A stretch of DNA of 64,000 bases from Betaproteobacteria bacterium (GCA_025358155.1 JANYKR010000080.1:16019-80018); one strand, 5' to 3'. Counted from the stretch's first letter, positions 46,780 through 58,173 are shown. Notes: generated by a model from the sequence alone, not told the origin. A program made the numbers and translations.

Positions 46780-46862
46780 GCCCGCGCGTCACCCAGCACC
46801 TGCGTGCTGGGTGGCGGCTGGCGAAGGCCCGGCGGCCTGCCTGCCGGCGGGCTGAGCCCGCG

Positions 46863-47966
46863 CTAGCGCGCTTCCAGCGCCAGCCGCAACGGGTTGCACG
46901 GCCCGGGGGCCTTGCCGCGGGGCGGCAGTGGCAGCGTGGCCTGCACCAGCATCAAGGCCAGGCGGGTCAGCGCCTGCCACGGCTCCAGCGGCCAGAGCGG
47001 ATGCTTCAAACCCTTGATGATGCCGTCGCAGATGCTGGCGGCCTCCACCAGGTGGGCGAGCTGCTGCGGGTCCAGCAGCGGCAGCACGCGCTCGAACAGC
47101 CGCTCCTTCTGGCCCCAGACCCGGGCCTCGCGCAGCGCCATCGGCAGCGGCCGGCCCTGGGCCTGGGCATCCTTGACGCGCTTGAGACCCCGGATGTCCT
47201 CGGCCAGGCTCCAGTGCACCAGCACGGCCGCCTCGCCCTCGGCGCGCAGGCCGTCGAGCATGCGCAGCACCCGCGCGGTCTGTCCGGACAACACCGCCTC
47301 GCCGAGCTTGAAGACGTCGTAGCGGGCCACATTGAGCACCGCCGACTCGACCTGCTCAAAAGCCAGCTCGCCCGGCGGGAACAGCAGCGCCAGCTTTTGC
47401 AGCTCCTGGTGCGCGGCCAGCAGGTTGCCCTCGGTGCGGTCGGCAAAAAACGCCAGGGTTTGCTGGCCAACTTCGCCCTCGGCCACGCGCTGGTGCTGAG
47501 CGGCCAGGCGTTGGGCGATCCAGGTTGGCAGCGCGCGCCGCTCGACCGGCATCACCTGCAGCACCACACCGGCCTGGTCGAGCGCGCCGAACCACGCGCC
47601 TTGCAGCTGCTGGCGGTCGAGCTTGGGCAGGTGCACCACGGTCACCACATCGTCGGCCAGGTGGCTGCAATAACGCTGCAAGGCCTCGGAGCCGTCCTTG
47701 CCCGGCTTGCCGTTGGGGATGCGGATCTCGATCAGCTGGCGCTCGGCAAACAGGCTCATGGCCTGGGCCGCGCCCAGCAGCCCCGACCAGTCAAAGTGCG
47801 CGCCCACGGCAAACACCTTGCGCTCGGTGTAGCCGGCAGCCCGTGCGGCAGCGCGGATCGCGTCACCCGCCTCTTGTGCCAGCAAGGGCTCGTCACCAAA
47901 AACGGTGTAGAGGCGCTGCAGGCCCCGGGCGAGGTGGGCGGGCAGTTGCTCGGCGCGCAGTTGCAT
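46863..47966 (-). CDS. holA: DNA polymerase III delta subunit
   Basis: GDEPLL, GKPGKDG, EGNLLAAHQE, NVARYDVFKL. Confidence 0.95.
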   Translation of the reverse strand: MQLRAEQLPAHLARGLQRLYTVFGDEPLLAQEAGDAIRAAARAAGYTERKVFAVGAHFDWSGLLGAAQAMSLFAERQLIEIRIPNGKPGKDGSEALQRYCSHLADDVVTVVHLPKLDRQQLQGAWFGALDQAGVVLQVMPVERRALPTWIAQRLAAQHQRVAEGEVGQQTLAFFADRTEGNLLAAHQELQKLALLFPPGELAFEQVESAVLNVARYDVFKLGEAVLSGQTARVLRMLDGLRAEGEAAVLVHWSLAEDIRGLKRVKDAQAQGRPLPMALREARVWGQKERLFERVLPLLDPQQLAHLVEAASICDGIIKGLKHPLWPLEPWQALTRLALMLVQATLPLPPRGKAPGPCNPLRLALEAR

Positions 47967-47970
47967 GGCG

Positions 47971-48666
47971 TCAGCGCGGTGCGGGGCTGGCGGCGCCGGC
48001 CGGGGCGGGTGGCGCCGACGCTGCGGGCTGAGCGGGCAGAGCGGGCTGAGCGGGCTCATGCGGCCCAGCCACCGAGCTTGTCAGCGCGCCCGGCGCCAGG
48101 TTGACGCGGGCCAGCCGGCGCAGCAGCTGCTGCACCAGATCGGCCTGCATCGCGGCGTAGATTTCAGCCTGTTCTTGCGCCTTGGCCAACGCGTTGGTCT
48201 CGCTGTAGCTCATGTCGCGGGACTGCAGCAGCTCGGTGGACGGGATCAGCTCCCGTCCGCCCGGCGTCACCAGCCGAAACTCGAACTTGATCCGCAACTG
48301 CAGTTCACGCACCTGGCCGGACGCGGTGGAGGCCACCACCGTGCGCGAGCGGGCATCGGTGCGCACCTGCAACACCACCTCGGCCTGGCCTGGGCTGTCC
48401 ACCACCTGGGCGCTGGCCGCCAGCCGCTCGCGCAACTCGACCGCCAGCGGTGAACGGGCCGCAAAGCCGGTCAGTGCAATCCGCGAAAACGGTAGCGGCG
48501 GGGTCTGGCGCAGCGCAAAACCGCAGCCGCCCAGCACGCTTGCGCCGGCCAGTCCCGCAAGACACACCAGCGTGCCGCGCGCGGCTCTGGCCAGCCAGTG
48601 GCGGCGCGCCAGCGAGCGCGGCACGGGCTGCAACTGCAGCGAGTGGATCGCCACCGGTGGGCTCAA
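47971..48666 (-). CDS. lptE: LPS assembly lipoprotein LptE
   Basis: GGCGFALR lipobox; position in the leuS-lptE-holA cluster. Confidence 0.9.
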   Translation of the reverse strand: MSPPVAIHSLQLQPVPRSLARRHWLARAARGTLVCLAGLAGASVLGGCGFALRQTPPLPFSRIALTGFAARSPLAVELRERLAASAQVVDSPGQAEVVLQVRTDARSRTVVASTASGQVRELQLRIKFEFRLVTPGGRELIPSTELLQSRDMSYSETNALAKAQEQAEIYAAMQADLVQQLLRRLARVNLAPGALTSSVAGPHEPAQPALPAQPAASAPPAPAGAASPAPR

Positions 48667-51383
48667 ACCACCACGTTGACGAGCCGGCCCGGCACCACGA
48701 TCACCTTCTTGGCGGGCTGACCCTCGGAGAACTTGGCAAACTCGGGCGAGGCCAGGGCCGTCGCCTCGATCAAGGCCTTGTCCGCGCCGGCCGGCACCTT
48801 GATCGCGCCGCGCATCTTGCCGCTGACCTGCAGCACCAACTCGATCTCGTCTTGCTGCAACGCGGCTTCGTCCACCACCGGCCAGGGCGCGTCGAGCAAG
48901 TCACCCTGCTCGGCGGCATAACCCAGCCCCACCCACAGGCTGTGGGTGATGTGCGGGCAGGCCGGGTACAGGCCGCGCAGCAGCACCGAGAAGCCTTCGC
49001 GCAGCACTGCTGCGTCGCCCGCACTGGTGTCGGGCTTGAAGCCGTCGAGTGCGTTGAGCAGCTTCATCGAGCCCGAGACCACGGTGTTGTACTGGATGCG
49101 CTCGTAGTCGTAGCTGATCTGGCGCAGCACGTTGTACACCTCCCGGCGCAGCGCCTTGGCCGGCACCCGCAGCTCGGCCGCCACCGGGCCAGCGGACCTG
49201 AGCCGGTCAGCATGCTTGACACCAAAGCCCCAGACCCGCTTCAAGAACCGGTGCGCGCCCTCGACCCCGGCGTCGTTCCACTCCAGTGTCTGCTCGGGCG
49301 GTGAGGCGAACATCACGAACAGCCGGGCGGTGTCGGCACCGTACTGGTCGATCAGGGCCTGCGGGTCGACCCCGTTGTTCTTGGACTTGGACATGGTGCC
49401 CACGCCCTCGTAGTCCACCGCCGAGCCGTCGCGCTTGAGCCGGGCGCCGACGATCTTGCCGGTGGCATCGCGCACATCGACCACGTCCTGCGGCCAGAAG
49501 TAGTCGATGCCACCCGACTCGGCACGCCGGCTGTAGATGTGGTTGAGCACCATGCCCTGGGTCAGCAGCTTGGTGAAGGGCTCGCTGACGCTGACCAGGC
49601 CCAGGTCACGCATCGCCTTGGTCCAGAAACGGGCGTACAGCAAATGCAGGATCGCGTGCTCGATGCCACCGATGTACTGGTCCATCCCCGGCCCACCGGC
49701 CGGGGAGCTGGTGGGCGGCATCCAGTACCGCGTGCCCTCGGCCACCATCGCCTCGGTGTTGGCCGGGTCGCAGTAGCGCATGAAGTACCACGAGCTGTCG
49801 ACGAAGGTGTCCATCGTGTCGGTCTCCCGCCGGGCCGGCCTGGCACAGCACGGGCAGGCGACGTTCAGGAAGTCGGCACGGTGGTTGAGCGGGTTGCCGC
49901 TGCCGTCGGGGATGCAGTCCTCGGGCAGCAGCACCGGCAGGTCAGCCTCGGGCACCGGCACGGTGCCGCAGGCCTCGCAGTGGATCATCGGGATCGGCGT
50001 GCCCCAGTAGCGCTGGCGGCTGATGCCCCAGTCGCGCAGGCGCCAGGTGGTCTTTTTCTCGCCCAGGCCTTTTTCGGCCAGCAATTCGGCGACCCGGGCC
50101 ACCGCGGGTTTGACCGCCAGGCCGTCGAGAAACTCGAAACCGGGGCCGGAGTTGACGCAGCAGCCCCGCTGCTTGTCGGCGTAGCTGTCGGCCCAGGCCT
50201 CGGCTGAAAAGGCCTCGCCCTCGACCGCCACCACTTGGCGGATGGCCAGGCCGTACTTCCTGGCAAAGGCAAAGTCGCGCTCATCGTGCGCCGGCACGCC
50301 CATCACCGCGCCGTCGCCGTAACTCATCAGCACGTAGTTGCCGACCCAGACCTCCACCGCCTCGCCGGTCAAGGGGTGCTGCACGCTCAGGCCGGTGCGA
50401 ACGCCTTTTTTCTCTTGCGTCGCCAGCTCGGCCTCGGTGGTGCCGCCGCCCTGGCACTCGGCGATGAAGCGCGCCACCTCGGTCTGGCGGGTAGCGGCAT
50501 GCAGCGCGAGTGGATGCTCGGGCGCCACGGCGCAAAAGCTCACGCCCATCACGGTGTCGGCCCGGGTGGTAAAGACCCAGAGCTTGCCACCGCCGATCAG
50601 GTTGCCGTCGGCGTCCTGAATCTGGTGCGGGAAGGCAAAACGCACGCCCTCGCTCTTGCCGATCCAGTTCTCCTGCATCAGCCGCACCCGGTCCGGCCAG
50701 CCGGCGAGGTAGTGGGGGTCTTGCGGGTTGTTCACCGCCGACAGCAACTCGTCGGCGTAGCTGGTGATCTTGAGGTAGTAGCCCGGGATTTCGCGCTTCT
50801 CGATCAGCGCGCCCGAGCGCCAGCCACGGCCATCGATCACCTGCTCGTTGGCCAGCACGGTCTGGTCCACCGGGTCCCAGTTGACGACCTGGGTGCGGCG
50901 CTCGGCGATACCGGCCTGCAGCATCTTCAGGAACAGCCACTGGTTCCATTTGTAGTACGCCGGTGCGCAGGTGGCGACTTCGCGCGACCAGTCGATCGCC
51001 AGGCCCATGGCCAGCATCTGGGCCTTCATTTGCGCGATGTTGCTGTGGGTCCACTGCGCCGGCGGCACCTTGTTCTTCATCGCCGCGTTTTCGGCCGGCA
51101 AGCCAAAGGCGTCCCAGCCCATGGGCATCAGCACGTTCATGCCCTTCATGCGCAACTGGCGCGCGAGCATGTCGTTGATGGTGTAGTTGCGCACATGGCC
51201 CATGTGCAGCTTGCCGCTGGGGTAGGGCAGCATCGAGCAGGCGTAGAACTTGGGCTTGGGCTGGCCCCGGCTGTCGCAGGCGTTTTCGGTCACGCGGTAG
51301 GCGTTGTGGCCGTCCCACAGCGGCTGGGCCCAGTGGGCGTGGGCAGCGGCTTCAAGCTCGGTGGGGGCGTATTTCTCGTTCAT
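48663..51383 (-). CDS. leuS: Leucine--tRNA ligase
   Basis: [33 protein letters not shown]. Confidence 0.98.
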   Translation of the reverse strand: MNEKYAPTELEAAAHAHWAQPLWDGHNAYRVTENACDSRGQPKPKFYACSMLPYPSGKLHMGHVRNYTINDMLARQLRMKGMNVLMPMGWDAFGLPAENAAMKNKVPPAQWTHSNIAQMKAQMLAMGLAIDWSREVATCAPAYYKWNQWLFLKMLQAGIAERRTQVVNWDPVDQTVLANEQVIDGRGWRSGALIEKREIPGYYLKITSYADELLSAVNNPQDPHYLAGWPDRVRLMQENWIGKSEGVRFAFPHQIQDADGNLIGGGKLWVFTTRADTVMGVSFCAVAPEHPLALHAATRQTEVARFIAECQGGGTTEAELATQEKKGVRTGLSVQHPLTGEAVEVWVGNYVLMSYGDGAVMGVPAHDERDFAFARKYGLAIRQVVAVEGEAFSAEAWADSYADKQRGCCVNSGPGFEFLDGLAVKPAVARVAELLAEKGLGEKKTTWRLRDWGISRQRYWGTPIPMIHCEACGTVPVPEADLPVLLPEDCIPDGSGNPLNHRADFLNVACPCCARPARRETDTMDTFVDSSWYFMRYCDPANTEAMVAEGTRYWMPPTSSPAGGPGMDQYIGGIEHAILHLLYARFWTKAMRDLGLVSVSEPFTKLLTQGMVLNHIYSRRAESGGIDYFWPQDVVDVRDATGKIVGARLKRDGSAVDYEGVGTMSKSKNNGVDPQALIDQYGADTARLFVMFASPPEQTLEWNDAGVEGAHRFLKRVWGFGVKHADRLRSAGPVAAELRVPAKALRREVYNVLRQISYDYERIQYNTVVSGSMKLLNALDGFKPDTSAGDAAVLREGFSVLLRGLYPACPHITHSLWVGLGYAAEQGDLLDAPWPVVDEAALQQDEIELVLQVSGKMRGAIKVPAGADKALIEATALASPEFAKFSEGQPAKKVIVVPGRLVNVVV

Positions 51384-51489
51384 TCTCCGATTGTAGGCAG
51401 CCGGTTCCAGCACAGACCTCGCACGGGTGGCGGGCAGCCGGCGGGTCAGTCGGTACGGCACTGGGCAGCATCGCGGGCACTCCAAGTCC

Positions 51490-51813
51490 GCTCACCCAAG
51501 GTCAGGGCAGAGGCGTCTTGATGGCAGCAGCCCGGATGCGAGTGGGAATGCTGTTTGGGCTTGCGGAACAGCGGCACGATTGTGGCGAACGGGCAAGAGC
51601 GTGGCGGGCAAGGCCAGCAGCGCGGGCGGCAGCTTGTCGAGCGTAAGCGTCCCGCGAACCCCAACCTTGCGTTGCTGCCAGGGGTGTGGTGGGGGTTCGC
51701 GGGACGCTTACGGTGAACCATCAGGTAGCTGCCGTGCAGGGCACCCCAGACCACAAAACTCCAGCGAGCGCCGTGCCACAGCCCACCCAGCACCATGGTC
51801 GCAGCCAGGTTGA
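51490..51813 (-). pseudogene. MBOAT (AlgI/DltB-type) O-acyltransferase fragment
   Basis: [30 protein letters not shown] matches the MBOAT active-site His motif. No N-terminal part is present and it is interrupted at 51711; the 3' limit is approximate. Confidence 0.75.
51643..51711. mobile_element. 69-bp non-autonomous IS66-like mini-element (two terminal inverted repeats, no transposase)
   Basis: Perfect 20-bp inverted repeat GTAAGCGTCCCGCGAACCCC (51643-51662 and 51692-51711) around a 29-bp spacer. IS66 ends start with GTAA. No 8-bp target duplication. Confidence 0.7.
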
Positions 51814-51818
51814 GACAC

Positions 51819-52238
51819 TCAGGGTGTTGTGGTTTCCGTCACAAAACCGATGCGCGACAAGCCGGCCGCCTGCACCAGACCGATCAGCTCGGCGATGCGG
51901 CCGTAAGGCACTTGCTTGTCGGCGCGCAACTGCACCTCAGTGGCCGGATTGTTTTGGGCCGAGGTGCGCACCCGCGCGCTCAGTTGCGCCTCGGTCTGGG
52001 GCTCGTCGCCCCAGAAAAGCGCGCCTTTGGCGTCGACGGCGACGGTGACAAACTGCACCGCGCTGCTGGCCTGGGCACCCGTGGTCTTGGGCAGGTCCAG
52101 CCGCAGGCTGCTGCTCATCAGCGGCGCGGTGATGATGAAAATCACCAGCAGCACCAGCATCACGTCGATCAGCGGCGTCATGTTGATGTCGCTCATCGGC
52201 TGCGACGTGGCGCTGCGTTGCAGCCTGCCAAAGGCCAT
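51819..52238 (-). CDS. exbD: Biopolymer transport protein ExbD/TolR
   Basis: [29 protein letters not shown]. Confidence 0.93.
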   Translation of the reverse strand: MAFGRLQRSATSQPMSDINMTPLIDVMLVLLVIFIITAPLMSSSLRLDLPKTTGAQASSAVQFVTVAVDAKGALFWGDEPQTEAQLSARVRTSAQNNPATEVQLRADKQVPYGRIAELIGLVQAAGLSRIGFVTETTTP

Positions 52239-52249
52239 GTCGCGGGCCC

Positions 52250-52936
52250 TCAGTTCGCCGCTGCCGTAGCCGCTGCCGTAGCCGTTGCGGCTGCGGTGTC
52301 GAGCGACATTTCGCGCAGGTCGTGCGCAAAACCTTCCAGGTCGGCCTCGCAGGCGGCCACCCACTTGCCAAACAGGTTGTAGGCCAGCACGGCGGGGATC
52401 GCCACCGCCAGCCCGGCGGCGGTCATGATCAGCGCCTCGCCCACCGGCCCGGCGACTTTGTCGATGGTGAGGGTGCCCGCCGCCGAGATGCTCAGCAGCG
52501 CGTGGTAGATGCCCCAGACCGTGCCAAACAAGCCGATGAACGGTGACGTGCTGCCGATCGAGGCCAGCAGCACCTGGCCAAACTGCAGGTGTGCCAGGCC
52601 CTGGTGCAGCGCGTCGCGCAGGCGCCGCGTCAGTTGCGAGCCGGCACTGGCGCGGGTGGCCAGGGTGCCTGCGGCGTCGGGCGTGCTGGCCGCGTCCAGC
52701 AAGGGCAGCAGCACCTGTTCGCGGTCGAGTGCGCCGAGCCGGGTGCGGCCGGCCGCCAGAGTGTCGGCGGCCCAGAATGCCGGCACCGCGCGGTCGATGT
52801 CGCGGCGGGCGCGCTGCAGCACCCAACCCTTCCAGAGAATCAGCACCCAGGCACTGACCGACATCGCCAGCAACAGCGCCACCACGCTGCGGCCAATGGC
52901 GTCGCTCTCGGCCCAGAAACTGGCCAGGCCGTCCAC
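52250..52936 (-). CDS. exbB: MotA/TolQ/ExbB proton channel protein
   Basis: SPFIGLFGTVWGI, GEALIMTAAGLAVAIPAV. Confidence 0.93.
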   Translation of the reverse strand: MDGLASFWAESDAIGRSVVALLLAMSVSAWVLILWKGWVLQRARRDIDRAVPAFWAADTLAAGRTRLGALDREQVLLPLLDAASTPDAAGTLATRASAGSQLTRRLRDALHQGLAHLQFGQVLLASIGSTSPFIGLFGTVWGIYHALLSISAAGTLTIDKVAGPVGEALIMTAAGLAVAIPAVLAYNLFGKWVAACEADLEGFAHDLREMSLDTAAATATAAATAAAN

Positions 52937-52957
52937 CTCAGTGCCCGCCCTGGCCGT

Positions 52958-53785
52958 TCATGGCGCCAGCCCGAGCACGTCGTTCATGTCGTACAAGCCC
53001 GGCGCCCGATCGGCCAGGAAACGCGCTGCGCGCAAGCTGCCCTGGGCGTAGCTGACACGGCTGGAGCTCTTGTGGCTGATCTCGATGCGCTCACCGGTGC
53101 CGGCAAACAGCACGGTGTGCTCGCCGACAATGTCGCCACCCCGGATGGTGGCAAAGCCGATGCTGGACGGGTCTCTGGGGCCCGTGACGCCATGCCGCTC
53201 GTAGACCGCGCAGTCCTTGAGCTCGCGGCCCAGCGCATGGGCCAGGACGTCGCCGAACTGCAGCGCGGTGCCGCTGGGCGCATCCACCTTGTGGCGGTGG
53301 TGGGCCTCGATCACCTCGATGTCGTAACCGGTGTTGAAGGCGCGCGCGGCCTGGTCCAGCAGCTTGAGCATCACGTTCACGCCCACGCTCATGTTGGGCG
53401 CCAGCATCAGCGCGATGTGCTGACCGTGCGCAGCGATCTCGGCCTTTTGGGCGGGGCTGAAACCGGTGGTGCCGATCACTGCCTTGACCCCCAGCTCACG
53501 GCAGACCGCCAGATGGGCCAGCGTGCCCTCAGGGCGGGTGAAATCGATCAGCACCTGGGCGCTGGCCAGGCCGGCATGCAGGTCGCTGGTCAGCAAGACG
53601 CCGGTGTGCTGACCGCCCGACTCGATGGCCAGGCTGCTGGCGTCCCGGCCCAGCGCGGTGCTGCCCGCCATGTCGAGCGCGCCAGCCAGCTCACAGTCAG
53701 GGGCGGCCAGCACCGCATCGATCAGCATGCGGCCCATGCGGCCGGACGCACCCGCGACTGCAATGCGCAGTCGCCCTGAGGTCAT
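52958..53785 (-). CDS. dapB: 4-hydroxy-tetrahydrodipicolinate reductase
   Basis: [36 protein letters not shown]. Confidence 0.97.
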   Translation of the reverse strand: MTSGRLRIAVAGASGRMGRMLIDAVLAAPDCELAGALDMAGSTALGRDASSLAIESGGQHTGVLLTSDLHAGLASAQVLIDFTRPEGTLAHLAVCRELGVKAVIGTTGFSPAQKAEIAAHGQHIALMLAPNMSVGVNVMLKLLDQAARAFNTGYDIEVIEAHHRHKVDAPSGTALQFGDVLAHALGRELKDCAVYERHGVTGPRDPSSIGFATIRGGDIVGEHTVLFAGTGERIEISHKSSSRVSYAQGSLRAARFLADRAPGLYDMNDVLGLAP

Positions 53786-54351
53786 GAGGGCTCCAGCGGC
53801 GGGTAGCTGCGCAGCGCACCCATTGGCGTTGCCGGCTCTGCTGCCGCCTTGGGCGGCACTGGCAAGGCTTTTTTCTGCTCGGCGCTCAGCTCCAGCAGCG
53901 GCGGGCTGACGCTGGGCCGGGCACGGCTGATCGAGGCCACGAACTCCTGCTCGGTCGGCAGCTCGGGGGCGTCCAGCCGCTCCAGCTGGTCGCCCTTGAA
54001 ATAGGCCACGATGGTGCGGCGCTGAGGCTCGGTGCCCGGGCGAACGATGGTGAAGACATAGTCCCAACGGTCACCGTGGAACACATCGGCGAGCATCGGC
54101 GAGCCGAGGATGTCGCGCACCTGGGCCCGTGACATGCCGGGCTTGATCAGGGCTGCCTGCTCGCGGGTGACCACGTTGCCCTGCACGATGTCCATGCGGT
54201 AGGGCTTGATCAGCCCGAGCAGGTCGCCGCCGGTGGTCAGCGACGGCAGCGAGGGCAGCGATGGCAGGTAAGAACAGCCGCCCAAACCTGCCGCCAGCGC
54301 CAAGGTCAGCGCCAAAGCCTGCGTGCGGCATGCAAGATGATGGAGTGTCAA
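53782..54351 (-). CDS. bamE: Outer membrane protein assembly factor BamE
   Basis: GGC lipobox, QGNVV, GMSRAQV...LGSP, RWDYVF; divergent from fur. TTG start at 54351 is tentative. Confidence 0.9.
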   Translation of the reverse strand: MTLHHLACRTQALALTLALAAGLGGCSYLPSLPSLPSLTTGGDLLGLIKPYRMDIVQGNVVTREQAALIKPGMSRAQVRDILGSPMLADVFHGDRWDYVFTIVRPGTEPQRRTIVAYFKGDQLERLDAPELPTEQEFVASISRARPSVSPPLLELSAEQKKALPVPPKAAAEPATPMGALRSYPPLEPS

Positions 54352-54506
54352 TGGATCTGCCCTACAGAGAATCGGGTGGCGCCGGCTTGGCGCGCGGCGT
54401 GATGCGCTGGGCGCAACACGCGCAGCTGGATATAGTCCGTACATTCTAGCCACGCGCCCTGCGCTGCCTTTTGCGGGGTTGCCGCAAGCCCAAAGCACCA
54501 ACGTCC

Positions 54507-54935
54507 ATGACGCACGCCGACGAACTCAAGAGCAGCGGCCTGAAGGCCACGTTGCCGCGCATCAAGATTCTGGAGGTCTTTCAGAGCACAGCGCAACGCC
54601 ACATGACGGCCGAGGATGTGTACAAGGCCTTGCTCCAAGAGGGTGCCGATGTCGGGCTGGCCACCGTCTACCGGGTGTTGATGCAGTTTGAGCAGGCCGG
54701 GCTGCTGTCACGCAGCCACTTCGAATCAGGCAAGTCGGTGTTTGAGCTCAATGAGGGCCAGCACCATGACCACCTGGTCTGCCTGAGCTGCGGCCGGGTC
54801 GAGGAGTTTTTTGACCCCGAGATCGAGCAGCGCCAGCGCGCCGTGGCCACCGCGCACGGCTTTGATCTGCAAGACCACGCCTTGTCGCTGTACGCCGTAT
54901 GCACCAAGCCGGCTTGCCCGCACCGGGGCAAGTAG
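54507..54935 (+). CDS. fur: Ferric uptake regulator
   Basis: GLKATLPR, GLATVYRVL, HHDHLVC. Confidence 0.97.
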   Translation: MTHADELKSSGLKATLPRIKILEVFQSTAQRHMTAEDVYKALLQEGADVGLATVYRVLMQFEQAGLLSRSHFESGKSVFELNEGQHHDHLVCLSCGRVEEFFDPEIEQRQRAVATAHGFDLQDHALSLYAVCTKPACPHRGK

Positions 54936-55004
54936 AGCAGCCCCTCCAGCCCCTCCAGTCGCAAGCGGCGGCCCGTTGCAGGCCAGCGGCGGCGCACGGC
55001 AGCA

Positions 55005-55958
55005 TCACTCGTCGGTTTGCTGCATGGCGCGCTGGTGGCGCTCGATGAACTCCTGGTAGGTGTCGATGCCGCGCAGCTGCAGCACGGTGTTGCGCACCGC
55101 CGCCTCGACCAGCACGGCCAGGTTGCGGCCGGCGTCGACCGTGATCACGGCCTTGCGCACCGGGATGCCCATCACCTCCTCGTACAGCGGCTCATAGGGC
55201 AGGCGCTCGAACTCGCGCTCCATGGTCTCTTTGCGCACCAGGTGAACGATCAGCTTGAGGCGCATCTTGCGGCGCACCGCGGTCTCGCCAAAGATGGCCC
55301 GGATGTCGAGCAGGCCGATGCCGCGCACCTCCAGCAGGTTGAGCAGCAGCGCCGGGCAGCGGCCCTCGAGCGCGCTTTGCGAGATCTTGAACAAGTCAAC
55401 CGCATCGTCGGCCACCAGGCCATGGCCGCGCGAGATCAGCTCCAGCCCCAGCTCACTCTTGCCCAGGCCCGACTCGCCGGTCAACAGCACGCCCAGACCC
55501 AGGATGTCCATGAACACGCCGTGGCGGGTGGTGCGCTCGGCAAACAGCTGCGCCAGGTAGGCGCGCACGATGTCGATGACCTGGCCGGCCGACTCCGAGG
55601 TGACGAACAGCGGTATCTCGGCCCGGTCGCACATCGCCACCAGCCGATTCGGCGGTGTCACACCGTCGGCGGCGATCAGCACCGGCGGCTCCAGCGTGAC
55701 GATCCGCGAAATGCGGCGCTCCTGGTCCTCGGGCGACGAGGCCGAGAGGTAGGCCACTTCGCGCCGGCCGACGATCTGCACCCGGTAGGGGTGGATGTAG
55801 TTGAGGTAGCCCACCAGGTCGGCAGCCGACTGTGCGTCGCGCACCGCCGCCTCATCGAAGTGGCGCTCGGGGTGGGCATGGCCCGCAATCCACTCCCAGT
55901 GCAACAACTCGCGCTGGGCTTCAAAAAGCGCCTCGGCGCTGATCGAGGTGGGTTTCAT
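55005..55958 (-). CDS. hprK: HPr kinase/phosphorylase
   Basis: [32 protein letters not shown]. Confidence 0.96.
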   Translation of the reverse strand: MKPTSISAEALFEAQRELLHWEWIAGHAHPERHFDEAAVRDAQSAADLVGYLNYIHPYRVQIVGRREVAYLSASSPEDQERRISRIVTLEPPVLIAADGVTPPNRLVAMCDRAEIPLFVTSESAGQVIDIVRAYLAQLFAERTTRHGVFMDILGLGVLLTGESGLGKSELGLELISRGHGLVADDAVDLFKISQSALEGRCPALLLNLLEVRGIGLLDIRAIFGETAVRRKMRLKLIVHLVRKETMEREFERLPYEPLYEEVMGIPVRKAVITVDAGRNLAVLVEAAVRNTVLQLRGIDTYQEFIERHQRAMQQTDE

Positions 55959-56001
55959 CGGCAGCCTCGGGCGGGTCGGAGCGGTGCGCCTGAGGTGGCG
56001 T

Positions 56002-56472
56002 TCATGCCACCGACTTCAAGGGCGCCCAGTCACTGATCAACTTGTGCAGCGCGGTCGCGTCCTCGGCGGTCTTGAGACGCTCGCGCAGGTCTCGGTCAGA
56101 CAGCATTTCGGCGATCTCGGACAAGATCTCCAGATGACGCTGGGTGGCCGCCTCGGGCACCAGCAAAAAGATCAGCAGACCCACAGGCTCGTCATCGGGT
56201 GCATCAAACGGGATGGGCTGGGCGACCCGGAGCACCGAAGCCAGCGGATTCTTCAGGCCCTTGATGCGGCCGTGCGGAATCGCCACGCCGTGGCCCAAGC
56301 CGGTCGAGCCCAGGCGTTCGCGGGCGAACAGGTTGTCAGTGACCGTCGCCCTGGCGATCGAATGGTGGTTTTCAAACAGCATGCCGGCCTGCTCAAAAGC
56401 ACGCTTCTTGCTTGTGGCTTCCACGTCCACCAACACATTGGCGACGGGCAGTATGGCGGCGAGACGGTTCAT
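56002..56472 (-). CDS. ptsN: PTS nitrogen regulatory IIA component
   Basis: [19 protein letters not shown]. Confidence 0.95.
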   Translation of the reverse strand: MNRLAAILPVANVLVDVEATSKKRAFEQAGMLFENHHSIARATVTDNLFARERLGSTGLGHGVAIPHGRIKGLKNPLASVLRVAQPIPFDAPDDEPVGLLIFLLVPEAATQRHLEILSEIAEMLSDRDLRERLKTAEDATALHKLISDWAPLKSVA

Positions 56473-56674
56473 GGCGTTCCCCCCGCTCTACAGCCGCGCT
56501 TGATGGGCGGCAATCACGGGACCTGTGACAGAAAAATGATTATAGAAACGCATTGCTGCGCTGCTTTGTGGCGCGCACCCCCATCTGCGGGATGTTGTCA
56601 CGGCGCTGCACATGCTTACAAATGCCCAACAAAAACGACCCCCGAAGGGGCCGTCGTGTGGGCAAAACCCGGCG

Positions 56675-57016
56675 TCAGACCACGCCCAGGTCGAGCCGTT
56701 TGGCAGCCGGATGGTGGTGGTCCTGCAGCCGGTCTTTGTGGCGGCAGACTTGGCGGTCCAGCTTGTCCATCAACTGGTCGATCGCCGCGTAGAGATCTTC
56801 ATGAGACTGTTCGACAAAGATGTCCCGTCCCTTGACGTGGAGTGTCACTTCGGCCTTTTGCCGTCGCTCCTTCTCCTTGAGCTTTTCGACTGTCAGCAAC
56901 ACGCTGATGTCGACCACCTGATCAAAATGCCGCGTGACCCGGTCCAGCTTGGTCAGTACATATTCACGCAGGGCGGGTGTCACGTCCAGATGGTGTCCGC
57001 TGATCGTCAGGTTCAT
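56675..57016 (-). CDS. hpf: Ribosome hibernation promoting factor (HPF/RaiA)
   Basis: [27 protein letters not shown]. Confidence 0.95.
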   Translation of the reverse strand: MNLTISGHHLDVTPALREYVLTKLDRVTRHFDQVVDISVLLTVEKLKEKERRQKAEVTLHVKGRDIFVEQSHEDLYAAIDQLMDKLDRQVCRHKDRLQDHHHPAAKRLDLGVV

Positions 57017-57378
57017 CAAAGCGTCCTTTCAATGGGTTTGTCGGAAACTGGACGGACCACGACGACCCGATGGCGCCACCGCAGTACAACCCGTCCGAGC
57101 CCAGTGTGCGCCTGAATCCGGGGACGTGACAAGTGCATGACGTGCGCAAAATTGTTGCGATTTGCCGCCTTTGCGGGCTCAGGCTCGTCTCACGCGGCGT
57201 CTAGGAGGCTGTCGGGCTTGGGGACGGGCCTGCAGCAAACGCGTTAAAGTGCAAAAAAAATCGCAGAGACCGAGCAAAGCCAGCGCCGCTGCTGGTCAAG
57301 GGTTCTTGGCGAAAGGGGGGTTCCGCAAGTTTCCACGCAGCGGAGCGTTGGCACAAAGCTCGGTGTTCCGGCGGTCAA

Positions 57379-58008
57379 ATGAGAAAAAGTGCTGCAAATG
57401 ATGACGTGTTGTCCACCAGGGAGGCGGCCGAAAAACTGGGCGTGGCCTTGCGGACCGTTCAGCTCTGGGTTGAAGGCGGCGTCCTGCCGGCCTGGAAGAC
57501 CGCTGGCGGCCACCGGCGCATCTCACGCCTGGCGGTTGATCGCCTGATCAGCGAGCGAACGGCGGCCCTGGCGGGCATCAGCCTGCCGCCGGTGGCCCCT
57601 GCCCCGGTCACTGGGGCCCGGCTGCAATTGATGGTGGTCGAAGATGAGCCCGAGCTGCTGCGGCTGTTCACGATGGTGATCCAGGCCTGGGACTTGCCAC
57701 TGGTGGTGACGACAGCGGCCAATGGCTTCGAGGCCTTGTTGTTGATGGGGCAACAGTGCCCGGACCTGCTGGTGACTGACCTGCACATGCCCGGCATGGA
57801 CGGTTTCAAGATGATCAACTCGCTGCGCGGCGTCAGCCCGGCGTTTGATGAGATGGAGATCGTCGTGGTCACTGCGTTGGCACCCGAAGAGATCAGCCAC
57901 CGGGGCGGTCTGCCGCCTGGTGTGCGGGTGTTTCACAAGCCGGTGCCTTTCGACGAACTCGAAACGCTGGTGCGTGAGCGCATCGGCACGACCAGCGCTC
58001 ACGCCTGA
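57379..58008 (+). CDS. Excisionase-like HTH fused to a response-regulator receiver domain
   Basis: STREAAEKLGVALRTVQLWVE...KTAGGHRRI; REC domain VEDE...VTDLHMPGMDG. Confidence 0.9.
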   Translation: MRKSAANDDVLSTREAAEKLGVALRTVQLWVEGGVLPAWKTAGGHRRISRLAVDRLISERTAALAGISLPPVAPAPVTGARLQLMVVEDEPELLRLFTMVIQAWDLPLVVTTAANGFEALLLMGQQCPDLLVTDLHMPGMDGFKMINSLRGVSPAFDEMEIVVVTALAPEEISHRGGLPPGVRVFHKPVPFDELETLVRERIGTTSAHA

Positions 58009-58173
58009 GGCGTGCCAAACCGCATACCCGGGCCGGCAATGCCTTGCGGCCGGCGCGTTTGCGAGCCCGACAATTGCGAACGTGATCAGTGAGTTGCCCG
58101 ATTGCGGGCGGCCCGCCACGGTGGCCGCCCCGGCCCGACCTTTTGCCGCCCCCAAAACCTCAGCGCCCTCGCC

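Noticed and set aside
57348-57364. Sigma-54 promoter (TTGGCAC) upstream of the excisionase-type regulator
   Set aside because: No TTGC at the required spacing.
57379-58008. Prophage excisionase marking an integrated element
   Set aside because: The HTH is fused to a receiver domain, and there is no integrase, att site or phage gene nearby.
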